Position numbers and translations under genes: made by a program. Positions 1-6,862 of a DNA stretch of 32,000 bases are shown here, piece after piece. Numbering within the stretch: the stretch's first letter is position 1; every line of letters starts with the position of its first letter. Source of the stretch: Candidatus Kuenenia stuttgartensis (lineage in GTDB: Bacteria > Planctomycetota > Brocadiia > Brocadiales > Brocadiaceae); NCBI RefSeq assembly GCF_900232105.1, contig NZ_LT934425.1:810001-842000 (forward strand), in the 5' to 3' direction. The notes below the pieces were generated by a model. It saw only the letters and a list, made by a program, of their open reading frames with translations, did no database searches and was not told the DNA's origin.

Positions 1-244
1 CCAGGGTAGACTTGTTTTCCAGCAGAGAAGATGAATTTACATATTGAAAACGCATGACTGCCTTTTCAATTTCCCATCGTTCAGGAACACTGACCGGGAT
101 TGTGTATTCAGCGCTAATACATTTTAAATCGATGCTTTTAACAAGGGTATTGGTAAATTTATATAAGGGCACTTCTACTACTGCCGCATGCGCCAGATGT
201 GCCAGGCAGAAGATGGTTGCTATACAGAGAAATAATTGTTTCAT
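1..244 (-). CDS. bcsB: BcsB-like cellulose synthase subunit, N-terminal fragment running off the window
   Basis: Missing from the ORF track because it is open at the window edge. The minus-strand ATG at 244-242 overlaps the bcsA stop (ATGA). My translation is MKQLFLCIATIFCLAHLAHAAVVEVPLYKFTNTLVKSIDLKCISAEYTIPVSVPERWEIEKAVMRFQYVNSSSLLENKSTL, with no stop codons. It has a signal peptide, then a BcsB-like N-terminal pattern (A.L.F.Y..S..LL...S.L), and it lies directly downstream of bcsA. Confidence 0.6.
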   Translation of the reverse strand, partial: MKQLFLCIATIFCLAHLAHAAVVEVPLYKFTNTLVKSIDLKCISAEYTIPVSVPERWEIEKAVMRFQYVNSSSLLENKSTL

Positions 245-2532
245 TTTGTATGCAATCCCTCAAGCTTCATCTTTTTCAGCCACAATGACTGCATTTTCCC
301 ATATATTACAAAAAAACTTTTTTTCAGTACGCTATACAATAATTTCGACGAAAGTGTAACGCAGTCCCTGCTCCCCTTTATACCCATACGCACAATAAAA
401 TAGAAGATCCCCCACGGACTTACACGCTTAAACCGCTTCTGCAAAAAATCTTCCCATCTTTGACTGTCGCCATACACATATTTAATCAAACGCAATTGCG
501 CCGCTTTTCCTTTTGCAACAAAATCACATCCGCAGAAAACATACTCTTTCTTTTTTATCTTACGGAATATTCTTGCATCAAATGCATATTTTTCCCCATA
601 AATATCTCTGACGTTTAATACAACATCCTCTTCCGGTTTTATAGGAAACGGCGTTTTCAACTGCACCCCCATCCCTGAATACGAGATATCCTTTATTTCA
701 CCCTGCACAATATACTTCATGCGCGGAAAATACACATTGACCTCGCCCCGCGCCCACATGCGATGATGACGGCGTATCTGCCTTCTCTCTACAAACGCAC
801 CCAGCGACGCCACAGCGATAAAAAGATTAAACATCGTCCATGACAGGGTAATAAGGATAATATCCCGGTATAATGGGAATTGTATCCACTTTACTATCCC
901 CACAGGAACACACACGGCAATTACCAGTACCATGAGAAGGAATGGAATTGCCTGCCTGGTGAGAACCGTTTCGTCCAGACTCTGTCCTTTCGGGGTAACC
1001 TTAAAGGTGGGATGCCGTGGATTTCTGATAACGGAAAATATCACGGGTATAAGGAATATAGACAGCACGCTTTCATATATTTCCGAAAAAAACGGCCATC
1101 TGAATTTGCCGTGGAGAAAGTCCGTCACAACAATACACCCAATAACGTGGGGCAATGCATATGCCACTATCTCTGCAAAAGATGCATGGTATACCTTCAA
1201 TCCGAATAATAAAAATGCCGCAGGGACAATATAAAAAATAAACCTCGAAAACCCAAAAAACCAGAATAGGGAAGCGCTCATATAACAGAGACGCTGATAC
1301 CATTTCATTCCTTTTGCGAATAAGGGATTCTTCAGTATGAAAATTTGTATCATACCCTGCGCCCAGCGGCTCCTTTGTACAAGCATATCATCAAAGTTCT
1401 CAGGCGACAATCCGCATACCATTGGCCTGTCGATATACACGCTATTATAGCCCTTGCTATGTAAAGCAACGGTTGTTTCCGCGTCTTCAGTTATCGTTTC
1501 GCCGGCAATTCCCCCAACCTCCATTAAATATTTTCTACGCAAAAGGGCGGCGGAACCGCAGAAATACGAAGCATTCCAGGAATCAAGGCCATGATGGATA
1601 CCGTGATAAAACATCTCATTCTCGCCGGGGGCTTCGCCAAATATCGCAAGATTTTTTTCAAACGGGTCAGGATTTATGAAAAAATGAGGTGTTTGCACAA
1701 GAAAAAGCATTTCATCTTTCAGAAACCATCCTGCCGTATTCCGTAAAATATCCCTTGTGGGTACATGGTCGCAATCCAATATGAGTACAAGCTCAGCGCT
1801 TGTGTGCTGCAGGGCATGGTTCAGATTCCCCGCCTTGGCATGCACATTTTGCTGCCGCGTAATATAACTGATACCCAGTTCCTTCGCCATCCTCTTCAGG
1901 GAATAATGCCTTTTCCACGCATCCATTCCCTTTTCGGGATGATTCCTTTTGGCGACAGTGCCGCCGTCATCCAGTATATAAACATTAAACTTGTCCTTTG
2001 GGTAGTCAATCTGCGTACACGAAAGGGCAGTAGTTCTTATAACATCTTCAGGTTCATGGTAAGTGGGGATAAAAATATCCACCGTGGGATACAGCCGGGA
2101 GTCGGCAGGCAAGGGCGCTATCTTGTGGTTAAGCGGCCATATATTGACAAATAAACCGAAAAAGTGAATGGCAACCGCATATGCCTCCGCAAGATAAAGC
2201 AAAATGGTTGCCGCATAATCCAATGGCCCCGTGTACACCAAACTCTGGAAAGTACGCCAGAGCAAATACCGCAGGGTAATAAACACAATGATCAGGATGA
2301 AGAGGATTCGCAAGGGCGGGCGTTTAAATACCTCTATTTTACCAGCAACTATTATAAAACCTATAAGACCCCAGAATATCCCAAGCTGGTAGTAAATATC
2401 CAGATAACATCCCGCCATGAAAATAAAAAAAAATGCCCCCACACCCGCAAAAATACACATCAGATAAAAAATGGATTTTTCGGCATCAAACTTTCCGGTT
2501 TTTATTTTTGGCATATTTCCAATAGGAAGCAT
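241..2532 (-). CDS. bcsA: Cellulose-synthase-like family 2 glycosyltransferase with a C-terminal PilZ domain (BcsA-like, probably c-di-GMP regulated)
   Basis: 763-aa ORF with multiple TM segments. GT2 processive motifs are present: ILDDGG, DCDH, QTPHFF, TEDAET, YFCGSAALLRR and QRSRWAQG (QxxRW). PilZ motifs are present: RRQIRRHHR (RxxxR) and DISYSGMG (DxSxxG). The start could instead be the second Met, at 2514. Confidence 0.9.
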   Translation of the reverse strand: MLPIGNMPKIKTGKFDAEKSIFYLMCIFAGVGAFFFIFMAGCYLDIYYQLGIFWGLIGFIIVAGKIEVFKRPPLRILFILIIVFITLRYLLWRTFQSLVYTGPLDYAATILLYLAEAYAVAIHFFGLFVNIWPLNHKIAPLPADSRLYPTVDIFIPTYHEPEDVIRTTALSCTQIDYPKDKFNVYILDDGGTVAKRNHPEKGMDAWKRHYSLKRMAKELGISYITRQQNVHAKAGNLNHALQHTSAELVLILDCDHVPTRDILRNTAGWFLKDEMLFLVQTPHFFINPDPFEKNLAIFGEAPGENEMFYHGIHHGLDSWNASYFCGSAALLRRKYLMEVGGIAGETITEDAETTVALHSKGYNSVYIDRPMVCGLSPENFDDMLVQRSRWAQGMIQIFILKNPLFAKGMKWYQRLCYMSASLFWFFGFSRFIFYIVPAAFLLFGLKVYHASFAEIVAYALPHVIGCIVVTDFLHGKFRWPFFSEIYESVLSIFLIPVIFSVIRNPRHPTFKVTPKGQSLDETVLTRQAIPFLLMVLVIAVCVPVGIVKWIQFPLYRDIILITLSWTMFNLFIAVASLGAFVERRQIRRHHRMWARGEVNVYFPRMKYIVQGEIKDISYSGMGVQLKTPFPIKPEEDVVLNVRDIYGEKYAFDARIFRKIKKKEYVFCGCDFVAKGKAAQLRLIKYVYGDSQRWEDFLQKRFKRVSPWGIFYFIVRMGIKGSRDCVTLSSKLLYSVLKKSFFVIYGKMQSLWLKKMKLEGLHTK

Positions 2533-2581
2533 GGTGTTTATTTACGTTTTACGATTTACGATTTGAGAGAGAGAGAGTAGG

Positions 2582-2599
2582 GACACGCCATGGCGTGTC
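2582..2599. repeat. Perfect 18-bp palindrome GACACGCCATGGCGTGTC, next to a (GA)n run (2565-2577) and ACGATTT tandem units (2541-2563)
   Basis: Read directly from the sequence. It lies between the hicA 3' end and the bcsA start on the minus strand, so it could be a hairpin, terminator or operator. Function is unknown. Confidence 0.5.
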
Positions 2600-2678
2600 T
2601 CAAAAGAAACCACAGATTTCACCGATTAAAAAATCGTAACAGTTCACCCCCCCCTGCTGTGGAAAAAACCTTTTCTGT

Positions 2679-2904
2679 TTATACCTCGTTCTTTATCCAA
2701 TCATTTTTTGTAATCCCTGCTTGCCTGATTATTCCTGTTAACAGATCAATACTTATTTCTTTCCTGTGAGGATTTGGAATTGTTAGTCTTAAACTGCCCT
2801 TTACCATAATAAAGGTGCTTTCCGCCTCCATAAGGACCTTCAAAGCCGAACATTCTTAGTTTCTTCACAAGTTCATTATAAGAAGTGGGAGTAAGTTTAG
2901 GCAT
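2679..2904 (-). pseudogene. hicA: HicA-family (YcfA-like) mRNA interferase toxin, disrupted by a 1-nt frameshift
   Basis: The ATG at 2904-2902 directly follows the hicB stop (TAAATG). Frame 1 gives MPKLTPTSYNELVKKLRMFGFEGPYGGGKH and then runs out of homology, stopping at 2746. The next frame gives FIMVKGSLRLTIPNPHRKEISIDLLTGIIRQAGITKNDWIKNEV*, which is the HicA C-terminal half. The span is 226 nt (3n+1). The shift lies near 2806-2814. Confidence 0.75.
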
Positions 2905-3153
2905 TTATATACTTACTTCCTCTACTTCTTTAATTTCAGTATTACCAAGTTTTGGCATAGAAAGCCCTTTTCTAATACTAATAAGAATCCAACCCTCTAT
3001 AACTTCTTTCAAGTTATTTCTGCATTCTTCAAGTGTTTTGCCCGTAGCCCAGACACCGTTAAGCCCATGCACCTCACCATAGTAAGGTTCTTCGTCTTCT
3101 ATTATCTCATAATGTGCCTTTTTTAATGCCTCGTTTATATATTCAGTAATCAT
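2905..3153 (-). CDS. hicB: HicB-family antitoxin (UPF0150-like)
   Basis: 82 aa. The sequence YYGEVHGLNGVWATGKTLEECRNNLKEVIEGWI is typical of the HicB N-terminal domain. It lies immediately upstream of the hicA remnant. Confidence 0.8.
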   Translation of the reverse strand: MITEYINEALKKAHYEIIEDEEPYYGEVHGLNGVWATGKTLEECRNNLKEVIEGWILISIRKGLSMPKLGNTEIKEVEEVSI

Positions 3154-3269
3154 AAGTATTTATCCCCAAAAAGTTCTTTTTCAATCCACAGAGCGCAGAC
3201 TTCGTAGTGAGCTCAGTCGAACGGTTAACACAGATTTTAACCAAGCTTTTCTCTTCTTTTTAACATTCC

Positions 3270-3425
3270 TAAACACTTTGGTTTTTTGAAAAATTCCAAT
3301 AATATAATAACATTGTTTTGCCGCACGGTGTAGAGGCGAAGCATTTGCAATAACTGGCATATATGCGTTCATGCCCAAACATGCAAATGCATCACCCCTA
3401 CGGTTTCATAAAACTAAATTGTTAC
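3270..3425. repeat. Family-A MITE-like element, degenerate copy A1
   Basis: The outer arms are CTAAACACTTTGGTTTTTTGAAAAATT ... AAAACTAAATTGTTAC. The core palindrome is GTAGAGGCGAAGCATTTGCA ... TGCAAATGCATCACCCCTAC (3328-3401). The architecture matches the copies at 9494 and 20307. Confidence 0.7.
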
Positions 3426-3648
3426 CAAAAAAATGTCCTTAAATAAATTCCATATCTCCTGAATACTTTTTTCCGTTTCTTTGGCGGTCATTTTTTGCCT
3501 CCTTAACAAACTTATTGAAAAATTATGCCGGAAAACTAATGCGTTATAAAAATACTATTGTTAAACATGATTAAATATGTTAACAGATGAGACTTTCAGA
3601 CAGCAATAACTTCATGCAATCATTTCATTCTTATCTATCTGAAACAAA

Positions 3649-4999
3649 ATGGGTTCTATAAAAGATACGTGCGTAGCCATTATACCTACCATACACAATA
3701 TTGCACCATCAAAATCCGTTGAATGTTACCTGCAACAAATGATGCTTGAAGGCTTTGTCATGCCAATGTGCATTGTCGATAATTCCGAAAGCCCTATCTA
3801 TGAAAAGAACCGCATATACCTTGAAGAAGTAAAGAATCGTCTCAAAGGAAAGATTGCGCTGTATCATTTCGGAAAAGAGGAACAAAAGATGTTTTTTTGT
3901 GAACTGGCAAAAAGGGGTATCGACCGTAAATCCATTGAGATATAGTCAAATAAATCTATTTTTCGAAAAACATTACAGGTAGGGGCGAAGCATTTGCCTG
4001 CATATAAGAGAGAGACGTAAAATGCTGTACATACGTCAACCCCGCTACGTTGAAGGAATTATGCTGTACGCATGCAAATGCTTCGCCCCCATTTTCCAAA
4101 AAGCCAAATTACCGCTAAGGTTCTAAAATCAGATTTGTTTGACTATACTAAAAACTGCCTCGGGGTACGGGGCGTCAAGAAATAAATGCTTTCTCCTCGC
4201 AAAGTATTTGGGTGCGGAATCAATATTTTTCTTTGACGACGATACCCGCCCTGATGGCGCCATATTTAAGGCCCACTTTGAAATACTTGGCGGGGAAAAA
4301 GGTTCACGAAAAATATCAATCGTGAGCGGGCCGTACACGGGGGTACGAGGCATAAATTTTACCTTTATAGAAAACCGGGAAGACCAATTAAGATTTTTGG
4401 CGGCATTGGGTCACCACGGCGAAAGCTCTTTACGCTATCTGAAGCATAAGGATACAGCAACAGAAAATGCGATGGACGAAAACGTTGAACACCATCTTGA
4501 AATCGTAAAAAATATACGCGGAGGAAATTTTGTTATTGATAATATTTACGAGGATATCGTTTGCCCAATCATAAAACAAGCGCCAGGCATCGACGATACC
4601 TTTGTCGCCCAAAGGGTTATTGAAAAAGGCCGCCAGGTAGTGAAAAGCCGGAAATCCGTTATTCACGAACATTTTAAATATAAAAGCAACAAACACTCCA
4701 TTCTTGCCTATTTAGAATCATGGGCGCGAACAATTTCATTTGAATCGCTCTACCATGGAATGAATTTTGAAAACACAAAACAACATATTTTACATTACGG
4801 AAACACCCTGCTTACCCTTGAAAATAAATACTGCAAATCTATTGGCAAAAAAATACAGGATGAAGAATATATAACCTCCCTTATTCATGAAATTTCCGGA
4901 AGCATTAACGATTATCAAAGACTCAAAAAGACATGGAAACACATCATCGATATGTGCAGTAGTGCAGAACTTTTACCTATTGAAAAACTGAAAGTATAG
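3649..4999 (+). pseudogene. Putative GT-A-fold glycosyltransferase-like gene, split by a MITE insertion (ORFs 3649-3945 and 4139-4999)
   Basis: The N-terminal piece has VAIIPTIHN and IVDNSE. The C-terminal piece has GYGASRNKCFLLAKYLGAESIFFFDDDTRP, which fits the GT2-like G..aRN...A.Ge.i.F.DdD pattern. Deleting 3943-4147 joins ...KSIEI to LKTASGYG... in frame, giving about 381 aa. The functional family is uncertain. Confidence 0.6.
3943..4145. mobile_element. 203-bp MITE with 15-bp terminal inverted repeats and a TA target duplication
   Basis: The left TIR is TAGTCAAATAAATCT (3943-3957). The reverse complement of the right TIR is TAGTCAAACAAATCT (4131-4145), a 14/15 match. TA flanks both ends (3941-3942 and 4146-4147). 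The interior carries the family-A core palindrome GTAGGGGCGAAGCATTTGC...GCAAATGCTTCGCCCCC. Confidence 0.8.
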
Positions 5000-5009
5000 T
5001 CAAACCAAC

Positions 5010-5315
5010 TGGGGAAATACGAAATACGAAGTACGAAACAAATCCGAATAACAAAGCATAAAATTCAAAACAAACCCAAAACTTCCCTGTCTGCGTGCGA
5101 TCACGCACAGGCAGGCAACAATATGAAGCGCGAAATGCGAGATACAAAAGATGCACTTGTTTAGAATTTCAAATCATTTTGTCATTAGAATTTGTTTCGG
5201 ATTTCGTGTTTCGTGCTTCGGATTTCACAGTTACCGGATTTCACCAGTAAATATTTTGCCAAAAAGCACGCACTGACGAATGGAAGTGTGCAAAGAAATT
5301 ACTGATAAGGTACTA
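5010..5315. repeat. Family-B modular intergenic repeat, copy B1
   Basis: It contains runs of CGAAAT/ACGAAAT-like units in inverted orientation. A 47-nt core at 5153-5199 matches 17868-17914 at 46/47. The modules TAAATATTTTGCCAAAAA (5248-5265) and AAAGAAATTACTGATAAGGTAC (5292-5313) recur at 12049-12066 and 12070-12092. Confidence 0.7.
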
Positions 5316-5318
5316 AAC

Positions 5319-6278
5319 ATGGACATAAAACAATACCGGTTAGTTACAAAGGGCGATTTTGACGGTTTGGGATGTGCGATTCTTTTTAAGTCGCTGGGGA
5401 TAATAGAAGACATCCTCTTCACCCATCCAAAAGAAATCGAAAGTGGAAATATTCAAATCACAAGCAATGATATCATGGCAGGATTACCCTATAGAGAGAA
5501 AGCCTATTTGGTATTTGACAATTATCCCGGTAGCATAAAAAACAGCGTTGGCAAAAAGAACAATTTCATTATCGACACCAATACCCCATCAACTACAAGG
5601 GTGGTATATAATTATTTCGAGGGAGGGAAAAGTTTTTCTGACATCAGTGATGAGTTGTTATCCGCGGTAGATAAAGGATACACCTCCAACTTCACTACGT
5701 ATGAAATTCTTTATCCTGCAGGCTGGAATCTTTTGAATTACATAATCGATCAAAGAACCGGCCTTGAAAAATTCGGAAAGTTCCGGTCTTCGCATTACCA
5801 GTTGTTGCTTACATTAGTTGACTACTGTAAAAATCACACCATATTGGAAATACTCGGTTTGCCTGAAATGGAGGAAAGGATTGAGATCTATTTTTCCGTT
5901 GTCGATCAGTGCAAAGAACAGGTTTTACGACGTGCTTCCATATATCACAATTTAGTGGTAATTGACCTTCGGCATAAAGACGTAATTTATCCCGGCAACA
6001 GGTTTATTGTATATGCGTTATATCCGGAATGCAACGTGTCGCTCCATATCCTGTCTGATACCGCTCGTAACAAAACCATCTTTGTGGCGGGGAAATCCAT
6101 TATCGACAGGTCGTATAAGGCACATATCGGGAAAATAATGTCGTTACATGGCGGAGGTGGCCACGCAAACGCCGGAACATGCCAGGTTTCCAATGAGAAT
6201 GCGGAAGAGGTGCTGGAGGCATTAATCCGAAAATTACAATACGGCGTCCTCAAAAATCTCATTATGGGCTATTTTTAA
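5319..6278 (+). CDS. DHH/DHHA1-superfamily phosphoesterase-like protein with a degenerate DHH motif
   Basis: KGDFDGLGCA resembles DHH motif I (DxD). GGGGHANAG near the C-terminus matches the DHHA1 GGGH motif. The position expected for DHH reads IIDTNTP. The ORF track starts at 5280, but its first 13 codons fall in a repeat module also found at 12070-12092, so Met14 (5319) is preferred. Confidence 0.55.
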   Translation: MDIKQYRLVTKGDFDGLGCAILFKSLGIIEDILFTHPKEIESGNIQITSNDIMAGLPYREKAYLVFDNYPGSIKNSVGKKNNFIIDTNTPSTTRVVYNYFEGGKSFSDISDELLSAVDKGYTSNFTTYEILYPAGWNLLNYIIDQRTGLEKFGKFRSSHYQLLLTLVDYCKNHTILEILGLPEMEERIEIYFSVVDQCKEQVLRRASIYHNLVVIDLRHKDVIYPGNRFIVYALYPECNVSLHILSDTARNKTIFVAGKSIIDRSYKAHIGKIMSLHGGGGHANAGTCQVSNENAEEVLEALIRKLQYGVLKNLIMGYF

Positions 6279-6394
6279 TAACCGGAACCTGTATAAAAAT
6301 ACTGACTTCCCATTTATAACATATTCATTTATACTATTCGGGGAACTTGTTGTGAGTTTGCAACCTGAACCTCTAATTTAACCTGCGGGAAGAA

Positions 6395-6862
6395 ATGGGT
6401 TTTTCTGTAAAAAAAGGAATTTATTGCCTTATAATTAAACTTTCTCAGGAACGGGAAATACCCATAGGCAAATTAGGCACGTTTCATTTTCCGGCGGGTT
6501 TTTACGTCTACGTTGGGAGCGCACAAAACAGCCTGCGCCTAAGAATTGAACGGCATTTGCGTCAAACAAAAAACAACCGCTGGCACATTGACTACCTGCT
6601 GGATTACGGACAAATCATAACAGTGTATTCTTACGCGAAGGATAAAAGTCTTGAATGTGTACTGGGGCATAAGATTGCCTCTTTACCAAAGGCAATTTTT
6701 CCCATAAAAGGTTTTGGTTCATCAGACTGTTCATGCATCACACACCTTTATTTTTTCCCGGATAATCCCTCTGGCGCATTGGCTTCTTTCAAAGGCAAAT
6801 TTGCCTTGCTGGAATGCAGGCACTATAATACAAATGGAGAAGATGAGAGGTATAGCAAATGA
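6395..6862 (+). CDS. GIY-YIG superfamily nuclease-like protein, DUF123 type
   Basis: The motifs KGIYCLII...GFYVYVGSA...RIERHL...NRWHIDYL are the DUF123/Uri-type signature. The stop overlaps the mutS start by 4 nt (ATGA). Confidence 0.7.
   Translation: MGFSVKKGIYCLIIKLSQEREIPIGKLGTFHFPAGFYVYVGSAQNSLRLRIERHLRQTKNNRWHIDYLLDYGQIITVYSYAKDKSLECVLGHKIASLPKAIFPIKGFGSSDCSCITHLYFFPDNPSGALASFKGKFALLECRHYNTNGEDERYSK

Noticed and set aside
54-359. 101-aa plus-strand ORF at the window start
   Set aside because: It is antisense to the bcsB start and the bcsA end, which are better supported.
880-2580. Several 76-138-aa plus-strand ORFs (880-1209, 932-1234, 1422-1679, 1765-2154, 2164-2580) and one minus-strand ORF in another frame (1073-1303)
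   Set aside because: All lie inside the bcsA coding region, either antisense or in another frame. bcsA has unambiguous GT2 and PilZ motifs, and these translations are low-complexity with no recognisable motifs.
3181-3378. 65-aa minus-strand ORF
   Set aside because: It starts inside the family-A MITE core palindrome and runs through repeat sequence, so it is almost certainly not a gene.
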